A DNA stretch of 64,000 nt from Macrostomum lignano (lineage: Eukaryota), in contig NIVC01002629.1 in assembly GCA_002269645.1 (NCBI GenBank), positions 1 through 64,000 on the forward strand. The letters are read 5' to 3'. The notes under the pieces were generated by a model. That model had not been told where the DNA came from and ran no database searches. It worked only from the letters and a program-made list of their open reading frames with translations. The position numbers and the translations under genes were made by a program. Positions 35,815 through 48,500 of this stretch are shown piece after piece; position 1 is the stretch's first letter; each line of letters starts with the position of its first letter.

Positions 35815-36554
35815 CGCCTGCAAAAGGTTTTACACTTGATGAGATGCACTACTCTCATTTTGGCATCTGTTCAGAGTTTTTCTTTTAAATTTGTCTATAA
35901 CGCATTTTATAACTTAGTTTTCAAGCTGTTGTCTATGGCCAAAGCCGGACAGATCCGATAGCTCACTTCTCTACAGTATCTGTGGCTAGAACAAACAAAT
36001 TTCAAACAAAAGATGTCACTCTCTGCGATCGCAGGCGGTGCCACCGAGTAGTGAGGTTAGTGTTAGGTCTAGGTGCCGGGGGCGGATGGGAGGAGGCACT
36101 GGTCCCTGTCACAGCGTCCTCGGAACCATGGGACCCAACCCCGAGTCGGAACAGGGCCACAGGAACCGTCCGGACCACCTGGTGACCAAGGTAACCAGAC
36201 TCTACAGGAGATTTGATATATTTCTCACAGGGGAAGTAGTGAATGGTGGGGATCATTGGAGCTCATCAGTTAAGCGTAGAACCACGCCTTAGGAGGCCCA
36301 TGCTACAGTCTCTTGCTGCAATGGAGCTTGAAGTGCTTTCTATATTTTAAACGCAGATTCTGACCATTAACGCTTATGATACTACTGGGTCTGGAGAGTA
36401 GAGAAAGAGCGTGGGACCATCGGGAACTGGGTAAGGAGATGGAAATTAATCGGGCCATTATGTAGCAGACACAAAAAATACTGTCTATGTCCCGAAAGAG
36501 TACAGAACTTTGACTTTGTCAGCAACATAGCCGGTTTGAATATTGACTTGGGAC

Positions 36555-36714
36555 CTGAATAGGTGTGACATAAGCGGGACTTAAATAGGTGTGACATAAG
36601 CGGGACTTGAATAGGGAGTGACATAAGCGGGACTTGAATAGGGTGTGACATAAGCGGGACTTGAATAGGTGTGACATAGGCGGGACTTGAATGGGTGTGA
36701 CATAGGCGGGACTT
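36555..36714. repeat. ~29-bp short tandem repeat
   Basis: GTGACATAAGCGGGACTTGAATAGG(G)T, ~5 copies. Confidence 0.85.
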
Positions 36715-36944
36715 TTTGCATTCAAATCCAGGGCGAGTTGCTCATCTTGTGTTTTTAAGATCTGCGACTCAATTTCACTTTTCTATGGCCAATTTGTGGG
36801 GATCTTCTAAGTCTTTCAGATCTATGGGTGAAAAGTATTATTATTATTGCCAACAACTACAAAAGTTAAATTTAGTTTCTTATTGCGAAGATTTGAAAGA
36901 AAATATTTCAAACAGCAAGAAACTCGTTAGCTTACGACCGCTCA

Positions 36945-37672
36945 GGTAGCAGACACCCGTCATACACCCAGAAGACACTCCGCTGACACCGACAGACAGC
37001 CGGCAGAAACTCGGCAGACACCCGGCAGATACCGGCAGACGCCCAGCACTCACCAGCAGACACCGGACAGACACTCAACAGATACTCAGCAGATACTCAG
37101 CAGATACTCAGCAGATACTCAGCAGATACTCAGCAGATACTCAGCAGATACTCAGCAGATACTCAGCAGATACTCAGCAGATACTCAGCAGATACTCAGC
37201 AGATACTCAGCAGATACTCAGCAGATACTCAGCAGATACTCAGCAGATACTCAGCAGATACTCAGCAGATACTCAGCAGACGCCAGCAGACACTGGAAAA
37301 CACCGGCAGCCGACAAGAAGTCACCGACAGACAGCCAGCCGGCAGACACCCGTCAGACAACCAGCAGAAACCCGGCAGAAACCCAGCGGAAACCCAGCAG
37401 ACAACCGGCAGAAACCCAGAAGACACACAGAAGACACCCAGCAGACACCCAGCAGAAACCTAGCAGACAACCGGCAGAAACCCAGAAGACATCCAGCAGA
37501 AACCCATTAGAAACCCAGCGAAACCCGGCAGACACCCAGCAGACACCTAGAAGACACACAGAAGACACCCAGAAAACACCCATCAGAAACCCATCAGAAA
37601 ACCAGCAGAAACCCAACAGAAACCCAGCAGAAACCCGGCAGAAACCCAGCAGACACCCGGCAGACACCCAGC
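36945..37672. repeat. 11-bp repeat (CAGCAGATACT) with degenerate CAGCAGAAACC-type flanks
   Basis: Pure core at ~37080-37280 with degenerate units on both sides. Confidence 0.9.
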
Positions 37673-37993
37673 ATGACCTCGCACAACAAGGCGGCCCTGT
37701 CAGTGCAGATCAACTACTCTGCCGGCATGGAGCTGGAAGACTATGTCTGGTACTTGCGCCGCGAAATTCTGCGCGCCTTCGACGCCACAGACGTGCAGGT
37801 GACCACCCGCTGCCTCCCGATCGGCCGCGAGTTCGCCAACATCGGCCTATCGATGCTCATCAACGGTTTGTCGGCTGTCTCAGTGCCGGCCCACAATGGC
37901 AAACTGCTGGAGAATGAGAGCCTGCCGCCGCCGCAGGTCATTGTGGACACTGTGCAGCTGTGGCTCATTAGGCATGTCACCTGCGACTGCTGA
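37673..37993 (+). CDS. 106-aa intronless ORF, possible SelW/MIEN1 (Rdx)-like thioredoxin fold lacking CxxC/CxxU
   Basis: Non-repetitive island between two arrays with coding-like codon bias. The pattern VQINY-SAGM..LRREILRAF..VQVT..MLING..LPPPQVIVDTV parallels the Rdx beta-alpha-beta-beta-beta-alpha layout (by-eye comparison only). Confidence 0.55.
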   Translation: MTSHNKAALSVQINYSAGMELEDYVWYLRREILRAFDATDVQVTTRCLPIGREFANIGLSMLINGLSAVSVPAHNGKLLENESLPPPQVIVDTVQLWLIRHVTCDC

Positions 37994-38009
37994 CTGCCCC
38001 GAGCCTCAC

Positions 38010-39497
38010 GCGACACTCCATGCCTGACACTCCATGCCTGACACTTCATTCCCGGATCTCCATGCCTGACACTCCATGTCTGACACTCCATGTCTGACAC
38101 TCCATGTCTGACACTCCATGCCTGACACTCCATGCCTGACACTCCATGCCTGACACTCCATGCCTGACACTTCATTCCCGGATCTCCATGCCTGACACTC
38201 CATGCCTGACACTCCATGTCTGACACTCCATGTCTGACACTCCATGCCTGACACTCCATGCCTGACACTCCATGCCTGACACTCCATGCCTGACACTTCA
38301 TTCCCGGATCTCCATGCCTGACACTTCATTCCCGGATCTCCATGCCTGACACTCCATGCCTGACACTCCATGCCTGACACTCCATGCCTGACACTCCATG
38401 CCTGACACTCCATGCCTGACACTCCATGCCTGACACTCCATGTCTGACACTCCATGCCTGACATTCCATGCCTGACACTCCATGCCTGACACTCCATGCC
38501 TGACACTCCATGCCTGACACTCCATGCCTGACACTCCATGCCTGATACTCCATGCCTGACACTCCATGTCTGACACTCCATGCCTGACATTCCATGCCTG
38601 ACACTCCATGCCTGACACTCCATGCCTGACACTCCGTGCCTGACACTCCATGCCTGACACTCCATGCCTGACACTCCATGCCTGACACTCCATGCCTGAC
38701 ACTCCATGCCTGACACTCCATGCCTGACACTCCATGCCTGACACTCCATGCCTGACACTCCATGCCTGACACTCCATGCCTGACACTCCATGCCTGACAC
38801 TCCATGCCTGACACTCCATGCCTGACACTCCATGCCTGACACTCCATGCCTGACACTCCATGCCTGACACTCCATGCCTGACACTCCATGCCTGACACTC
38901 CATGCCTGACACTCCATGCCTGACACTCCATGCCTGACATTCCATGCCTGACACTCCATGCCTGACACTCCATGCCTGACACTCCATGCCTGACACTCCA
39001 TGCCTGACACTCCATGCCTGACACTCCATGCCTGACACTCCATGCCTGACACTCCATGCCTGACACTCCATGCCTGACACTCCATGCCTGACACTCCATG
39101 CCTGACACTCCATGCCTGACACTCCATGCCTGACACTCCATGCCTGACACTCCATGTCTGACACTCCATGCCTGACATTCCATGCCTGACACTCCATGCC
39201 TGACACTCCATGCCTGACACTCCATGCCTGACACTCCATGCCTGACACTCCATGCCTGACACTCCATGCCTGACACTCCATGCCTGACACTCCATGCCTG
39301 ACACTCCATGCCTGACACTCCATGTCTGACACTCCATGCCTGACATTCCATGCCTGACACTCCATGCCTGACACTCCATGCCTGACACTCCATGCCTGAC
39401 ACTCCATGCCTGACACTCCATGCCTGACACTCCATGCCTGACACTCCATGCCTGACACTCCATGCCTGACACTCCATGCCTGACACTCCATGCCTGA
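38010..39497. repeat. 14-bp minisatellite
   Basis: Unit ACTCCATGCCTGAC. Confidence 0.97.
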
Positions 39498-39945
39498 TGC
39501 AGCATGACTGACACTTCAGAAAGCCCTTCCGTGCAATGTTGATACTATCAATAATTTTGTTAAACTTTTTACGATAGTAATATGATTCAATGTTGGCGAT
39601 TCCTTAGTCAGGAGCAGTTCAAAATAGCAACCGGCAGACGAATTTTTAGGAAGCCGTTTTTCGTTAGCGATTTTGAGTTTTTCATAGCGACTCATTTGGC
39701 GATATGCAGCCATTTTTACTTAGAATTCAGAACTCCCACCGAAGCCCGAGACTCCAGACTTGAATAGCTGATAATGAGCTTGTCTGATTCCTGCCGCCAG
39801 CGCTCAGTGCTCACAGTGCTCACAGTGCTCTTTTTAGGCATTCGATTGACTGCTGTTTTGTACTTTTTAGTACATTCTTACTCCGTCATTTACGAGCGTA
39901 CCTCATCTTTTTGCCATCTTTTCCGTCTCCTTTCCGACGATTTTT

Positions 39946-40860
39946 CTCCACATCCTTCTTCACCTCATCTGCTTTCTCTTTTGCCTCTTTCTATCCAACT
40001 TTCCATTTCTTTTCCTCCCCTTCCTTCTGCGCCTCCTTCTCCACCTCCTTCTCCACCTCCTTCTCCACCTCCTTCTCCACCTCCTTCTCCACCTCCTTCT
40101 CCACCTCCTTCTCCTCCTCCTTCTCCACCTCCTTCTCCACCTCCTTCTCCACCTCCTTCTCCACCTCCTTCTCTGCCTCCTACTCCACCTCCTTCTCCTC
40201 CTCCTTCTCCACCTCCTTCTCCACCTCCTTCTCCACCTCCTTCTCCACCTCCTTCTCCACCTCCTTCTCTGCCTCCTTCTCCACCTCTTTCTCCTCCTCC
40301 TTCTCCACCTCCTTCTCCACCTCCTTCTCCACCTCCTTCTCCACCTCCTTCTCCACCTCCTTCTCTGCCTCCTTCTCCACCTCTTTCTCCACCTCCTTCT
40401 CTGCCTCCTACTCCACCTCCTTCTCTGCCTCCTACTCCACCTCCTTCTCCTCCTCCTTCTCCACCTCCTTCTCCACATCCTTCTTCACCTCATCTGCTTT
40501 CTCTTTTGCCTCTTTCTATCCAACTTTCCATCTCTTTTCCTCCCCTTCCTTCTGCGCCTCCTTCTCCACCTCCTTCTCCACCTCCTTCTCCACCTCCTTC
40601 TCCACCTCCTTCTCCACCTCCTTCTCCTCCTCCTTCTCCACCTCCTACTCCACCTCCTTCTCTGCCTCCTACTCCACCTCCTTCTCTGCCTCCTACTCCA
40701 CCTCCTTCTCCTCCTCCTTCTCCACCTCCTTCTCCACCTCCTTCTCCACCTCCTTCTCCACCTCCTTCTCCACCTCCTTCTCTGCCTCCTTCTCCACCTC
40801 TTTCTCCACCTCCTTCTCCACCTCCTTTTTTGCCTCCTTCTCCACCTCCTCTTTTTGTCC
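39946..40860. repeat. 12-bp pyrimidine-rich repeat with an internal ~525-bp duplication
   Basis: Unit CCTCCTTCTCCA; the unique spacer starting CATCCTTCTTCACC occurs at 39951 and 40476. Confidence 0.93.
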
Positions 40861-42596
40861 TTCATCTGCCTCCTGGGCCACCAGAACAACTGAGCAACTT
40901 AAACTCGTCTTTCTCTCAGCCGCTAAGCAAAGTTAATTGTCTTAAGATAGGATAAAACTAAATCTATCAGTTCCTTCTAGTGGCCAGAAAGTCCAACAGC
41001 AGGCTTGCAAATTCGAGCTTCCATCAGCATGTGATTGGCTTCCGTCTCGCAGCAGAAATTAGTTTCATACATGCATCTGCGGAGGAAGGGATGCCTGCCT
41101 TCTCGCCTAACACTCAGCTGAAGTCCGGATGTCTGAGGGGGGCCTCTTCAACAGCGCAGCTCTGCATCCCCCCAAGCTCCCGGGGCGCCAAGGATAAGGG
41201 GCTTAGGGTTGGCAGAAGTAGGCCTTGGAATCCTTGAGCAGACAGGCGAGCGGGTTGCTAATTCCACACCGGCCGGACCCGGCTCTCCCTGAGCAGTGCG
41301 GGGGCGCCCAGCTGGCTGGAGTGTCTCGGGGGCGCGGCCGGTCCGGAGTGACGGCTCAGATGCTGGGGGGGGGGGGGTTGAGCGCGGCGACGCCTTCGCA
41401 AAAATGCAATTTTCCCCGCTCGGGAGGCCAATTTTCACTCGGAGAAACGCGCCGACCGCCCCGTGGGCGTGACCTCACCCGTGTCCCCCCCGTCCTCACT
41501 GCTTCGAAACTCTCGGCATGCCGCATAAGATTCGAAAAAAGCATATTTTTATCACTGTTTATTAAGCAATCAGCTTCGACAGCTCGAATGCTGCATCAAG
41601 TTCGACTGGTTTTCGTGAATTACGATGGCAAACCCACACGCTGTTGAAATTCGATTTTACTTTTCTTAACGCAGTCCTTTGCGCCGAGTGTGTAAAATTG
41701 AGCTATGTAGTTCCGATTTGATTAGTTTAGCAAGTTCTAATCATATATGAGCATCACCATATATTGTCCGAGTCATAAGTATTGATTCGAATTGCCAGTT
41801 TCCCTTATCTGTCGAACTCGTCATCGGTCTCTGTGTCTCGGCTTAGCACGAGGGGGTTGGAGCATCGACCCGTGGACTGCAACTTGACCGCTTGATGAGA
41901 GGCTGCTGAGCCGGGCAGCCCCGGTGAGCCGTTTAGCAACACCGGCTGGGGAGCTGCTCAATCCCAGAGCTGCTGGACGCAGCGATAAGCCTCTCCAGCA
42001 TCCTCCGCCTCCCCTTCCGCGTTTCTTTTTTGTTTCCCATTTTCGACTTCGAGGCTATTTTTGCTCTCGTCACTTGCTTCTGGGCAGGGGGTTTGGCTTT
42101 GGTTAATGATTGCCTCAGCTGGCCAGGGCAGCGCCTGTTCGGAGGCGAAGAAGGATGAGGCAGCTGGAGAGTGGGGAGGTCCGGGACAGGGCGAAAATTG
42201 AGACGGCGATGAAGAGCGAAGGATCGCGGCTGGGAGACGCCAGGCGCAACTAAAAGTATTGAGAGAAGGACAGTGGAGGCTGATGAGGGGATGGGGAACA
42301 GGAGCATTAGGAAGAGGCAAAGAACAGTGAAAGTTGAGAAAATAGGAAATGTTTTGAGTAAGGAAGAAATGTTGGCGAGCTGCGAGGGGCATTGAGTGAA
42401 AGATGAGCACCCCGCGGATGGGGTGGGGGATTGGGGAATCTGAGGTTCTCAGGAGCGCTAATCGTCTTTGTGCTGGCAGATGAATTTTGCCACAGTTCTG
42501 CGTGCGATTCTGCACTATTATGCAGCGCTATTCATGGTTATTAACAGAACTGCTCATGATTCAGCGTCATGGTCTCCTGTGAGCTGATGTGAGAGA

Positions 42597-45500
42597 TTGT
42601 CTGATATCGGTGATTGTCTGATATCGGTGATTGTCTGATATCGGTGATTTTCTGATATCGGTGATTATCTCATATCGGTGATTGTCTGATATCGGTGATT
42701 GTCTGATATCGGTGATTGTCTGATATCGGTGATTGTCTGATATCGGTGATTGTCTGATATCGGTGATTGTCTAATATCGGTGATTATCTATCTGATATCA
42801 CTGAATGTCTAATATCGGTGATTTTCTGATATCGGTGATTATCTATCTAATATCGGTGATTGTCTGATATCGGTGATTATTTGATATCGGTGATTATCTA
42901 TTTAATATAGGTGATTGTCTAATATCGGTGATTGTCTGATATCGGTGATTGTCTGATATCGGTGATTGTCTGATATCGGTGATTGTCTGATATCGGTGAT
43001 TGTCTGATATCGGTGATTGTCTGATATCGGTGATTGTCTGATATCGGTGATTGTCTGATATCGGTGATTGTCTGATATCGGTGATTGTCTGATATCGGTG
43101 ATTGTCTGATATCGGTGATTGTCTGATATCGGTGATTGTCTGATATCACTGATTATCTGATATCGGTGATCGTCTGATATCGGTGATTATCTATCTGATA
43201 TCACTGATTGTCTAATATCGGTGATTATCTATCTGATATCACTGAATGTCTAATATCGGTGATTTTCTGATATCGGTGATTATCTATCTAATATCGGTGA
43301 TTGTCTGATATCGGTGATTATTTGATATCGGTGATTATCTATTTAATATAGGTGATTGTCTAATATCGGTGATTGTCTGATATCGGTGATTTTCTGATAT
43401 CAGTGATTTTCTGTTATCGGTGATTATCTGATATCGGTGATTGTCTGATATCGGTGATTGTCTGATATCGGTGATTGTCTGATATCGGTGATTGTCTGAT
43501 ATCGGTGATTGTCTGATATCGGTGATTGTCTGATATCGGTGATTGTCTGATATCGGTGATTGTCTGATATCGGTGATTGTCTGATATCACTGATTATCTG
43601 ATATCGGTGATCGTCTGATATCAGTGATTATCTATCTGATATCACTGATTGTCTAATATCGGTGATTTTCTGATATCGGTGATTATCTATCTAATATCGG
43701 TGATTGTCTGATATCACTGATTGTCTGATATCGGTGATTGTCTGATATCGGTGATTGTCTGATATCGGTGATTGTCTGATATCGGTGATTGTCTGATATC
43801 GGTGATTGTCTGATATCGGTGATTGTCTGATATCGGTGATTGTCTGATATCGGTGATTGTCTGATATCACTGATTATCTGATATCGGTGATCGTCTGATA
43901 TCGGTGATTATCTATCTGATATCACTGATTGTCTAATATCGGTGATTATCTATCTGATATCACTGAATGTCTAATATCGGTGATTTTCTGATATCGGTGA
44001 TTATCTATCTAATATCGGTGATTGTCTGATATCGGTGATTATTTGATATCGGTGATTATCTATTTAATATCGGTGATTGTCTAATATCGGTGATTGTCTG
44101 ATATCGGTGATTTTCTGATATCAGTGATTTTCTGTTATCGGTGATTATCTGATATCGGTGATTGTCTGATATCGGTGATTGTCTGATATCGGTGATTGTC
44201 TGATATCGGTGATTGTCTGATATCGGTGATTGTCTGATATCGGTGATTGTCTGATATCGGTGATTGTCTGATATCACTGATTATCTGATATCGGTGATCG
44301 TCTGATATCGGTGATCGTCTGATATCGGTGATTATCTATCTGATATCACTGATTGTCTAATATCGGTGATTATCTATCTGATATCACTGATTGTCTTATA
44401 TCGGTGATTATTTGATATCGGTGATTATCTATTTAATATCGGTGATTGTCTGATATCGGTGATTATCTGATATCGGTGATCGTCTGATATCGGTGATTAT
44501 CTATCTGATATCACTGATTGTCTAATATCGGTGATTTTCTGATATCGGTGATTATCTATCTAATATCGGTGATTGTCTGATATCGGTGATTGTCTGATAT
44601 CGATGATTGTCTGATATCGGTGATTGTCTGATATCGGTGATTGTCTGATATCGGTGATTGTCTGATATCGGTGATTGTCTGATATCGGTGATTGTCTGAT
44701 ATCGGTGATTGTCTGATATCGGTGATTGTCTGATATCGGTGATTGTCTGATATCACTGATTATCTGATATCGGTGATCGTCTGATATCGGTGATCGTCTG
44801 ATATCGGTGATTATCTATCTGATATCACTGATTGTCTAATATCGGTGATTATCTATATGATATCACTGATTGTCTTATATCGGTGATTGTCTGATATCGG
44901 TGATTGTCTGATATCGGTGATTGTCTGATATCGGTGATTGTCTGATATCGGTGATTGTCTGATATCGGTGATTGTCTGATATCGGTGATTATCTGATATC
45001 GGTGATTGTCTGATATCACTGATTATCTGATATCCGTGATTGTCTGATATCACTGATTATCTGATATCGGTGATCGTCTGATATCGGTGATTATCTGATA
45101 TCGGTGATTGTCTGATATCACTGATTATCTGATATCGGTGATCGTCTGATATCGGTGATTATCTGATATCGGTGATTATCTGATATCGGTGATTTTCTGA
45201 TATCACTGATTATCTGATATCGGTGATCGTCTGATATCGGTGATTATCTATCTGATATCACTGATTGTCTAATATCGGTGATTATCTATCTGATATCACT
45301 GATTGTCTAATATCGGTGATTATCTATCTGATATCACTGATTGTCTAATATCGGTGATTTTCTGATATCGGTGACTATCTATCTAATATCGGTGTTTGTC
45401 TGATATCGGTGATTGTCTGATATCGCTGATTGTCTGATATCGGTGATTGTCTGATATCGGTGATTGTCTGATATCGGTGATTATCTATCTGATATCACTG

Positions 45501-48500
45501 ATTGTCTAATATCGGTGATTTTCTGATATCGGTGATTATCTATCTAATATCGGTGTTTGTCTGATATCGGTGATTGTCTGATATCGGTGATTGTCTGATA
45601 TCGGTGATTGTCTGATATCGGTGATTGTCTGATATCGGTGATTGTCTGATATCGGTGATTGTCTGATATCACTGATTATCTGATATCGGTGATCGTCTGA
45701 TATCGGTGATTATCTATCTGATATCACTGATTGTCTAATATCGGTGATTTTCTGATATCGGTGATTATCTATCTGATATCACTGATTGTCTAATATCGGT
45801 GATTGTCTGATATCGGTGATTGTCTGATATCGGTGATTGTCTGATATCGGTGATTGTCTGATATCGGTGATTGTCTGATATCGGTGATTGTCTGATATCG
45901 GTGATTGTCTGATATCGGTGATTGTCTGATATCGGTGATTGTCTGATATCGGTGATTGTCTGATATCGGTGATTGTCTGATATCGGTGATTGTCTGATAT
46001 CACTGATTATCTGATATCGGTGATCGTCTGATATCGGTGATTATCTATCTGATATCACTGATTGTCTAATATCGGTGATTATCTATCTGATATCACTGAA
46101 TGTCTAATATCGGTGATTTTCTGATATCGGTGATTATCTATCTAATATCGGTGATTGTCTGATATCGGTGATTATTTGATATCGGTGATTATCTATTTAA
46201 TATAGGTGATTGTCTAATATCGGTGATTGTCTGATATCGGTGATTTTCTGATATCAGTGATTTTCTGTTATCGGTGATTATCTGATATCGGTGATTGTCT
46301 GATATCGGTGATTGTCTGATATCGGTGATTGTCTGATATCGGTGATTGTCTGATATCGGTGATTGTCTGATATCGGTGATTGTCTGATATCGGTGATTGT
46401 CTGATATCGGTGATTGTCTGATATCGGTGATTGTCTGATATCACTGATTATCTGATATCGGTGATCGTCTGATATCAGTGATTATCTATCTGATATCACT
46501 GATTGTCTAATATCGGTGATTTTCTGATATCGGTGATTATCTATCTAATATCGGTGATTGTCTGATATCACTGATTGTCTGATATCGGTGATTGTCTGAT
46601 ATCGGTGATTGTCTGATATCGGTGATTGTCTGATATCGGTGATTGTCTGATATCGGTGATTGTCTGATATCGGTGATTGTCTGATATCGGTGATTGTCTG
46701 ATATCGGTGATTGTCTGATATCACTGATTATCTGATATCGGTGATCGTCTGATATCGGTGATTATCTATCTGATATCACTGATTGTCTAATATCGGTGAT
46801 TATCTATCTGATATCACTGAATGTCTAATATCGGTGATTTTCTGATATCGGTGATTATCTATCTAATATCGGTGATTGTCTGATATCGGTGATTATTTGA
46901 TATCGGTGATTATCTATTTAATATCGGTGATTGTCTAATATCGGTGATTGTCTGATATCGGTGATTTTCTGATATCAGTGATTTTCTGTTATCGGTGATT
47001 ATCTGATATCGGTGATTGTCTGATATCGGTGATTGTCTGATATCGGTGATTGTCTGATATCGGTGATTGTCTGATATCGGTGATTGTCTGATATCGGTGA
47101 TTGTCTGATATCGGTGATTGTCTGATATCACTGATTATCTGATATCGGTGATCGTCTGATATCGGTGATCGTCTGATATCGGTGATTATCTATCTGATAT
47201 CACTGATTGTCTAATATCGGTGATTATCTATCTGATATCACTGATTGTCTTATATCGGTGATTATTTGATATCGGTGATTATCTATTTAATATCGGTGAT
47301 TGTCTGATATCGGTGATTGTCTGATATCGGTGATTGTCTGATATCACTGATTATCTGATATCGGTGATCGTCTGATATCGGTGATTATCTATCTGATATC
47401 ACTGATTGTCTAATATCGGTGATTTTCTGATATCGGTGATTATCTATCTAATATCGGTGATTGTCTGATATCGGTGATTGTCTGATATCGATGATTGTCT
47501 GATATCGGTGATTGTCTGATATCGGTGATTGTCTGATATCGGTGATTGTCTGATATCGGTGATTGTCTGATATCGGTGATTGTCTGATATCGGTGATTGT
47601 CTGATATCGGTGATTGTCTGATATCGGTGATTGTCTGATATCACTGATTATCTGATATCGGTGATCGTCTGATATCGGTGATCGTCTGATATCGGTGATT
47701 ATCTATCTGATATCACTGATTGTCTAATATCGGTGATTATCTATATGATATCACTGATTGTCTTATATCGGTGATTGTCTGATATCGGTGATTGTCTGAT
47801 ATCGGTGATTGTCTGATATCGGTGATTGTCTGATATCGGTGATTGTCTGATATCGGTGATTGTCTGATATCGGTGATTATCTGATATCGGTGATTGTCTG
47901 ATATCACTGATTATCTGATATCGGTGATTGTCTGATATCACTGATTATCTGATATCGGTGATCGTCTGATATCGGTGATTATCTGATATCGGTGATTGTC
48001 TGATATCACTGATTATCTGATATCGGTGATCGTCTGATATCGGTGATTATCTGATATCGGTGATTATCTGATATCGGTGATTTTCTGATATCACTGATTA
48101 TCTGATATCGGTGATCGTCTGATATCGGTGATTATCTATCTGATATCACTGATTGTCTAATATCGGTGATTATCTATCTGATATCACTGATTGTCTAATA
48201 TCGGTGATTATCTATCTGATATCACTGATTGTCTAATATCGGTGATTTTCTGATATCGGTGACTATCTATCTAATATCGGTGTTTGTCTGATATCGGTGA
48301 TTGTCTGATATCGCTGATTGTCTGATATCGGTGATTGTCTGATATCGGTGATTGTCTGATATCGGTGATTATCTATCTGATATCACTGATTGTCTAATAT
48401 CGGTGATTTTCTGATATCGGTGATTATCTATCTAATATCGGTGTTTGTCTGATATCGGTGATTGTCTGATATCGGTGATTGTCTGATATCGGTGATTGTC

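Noticed and set aside
38006-39514. 502-aa ORF (MECQAWSVRHGVSG)n
   Set aside because: Translation of a 14-bp repeat cycling through all frames.
39774-40955. Extensin-like (SPPP)n 393-aa ORF
   Set aside because: It derives from the 12-bp CT-rich repeat, which is also open in another plus-strand frame (39911-40936).
41933-42040. MGNKKETRKG as the canonical myristoylated PKA first exon
   Set aside because: No phase-1 GT donor follows before the in-frame stop.
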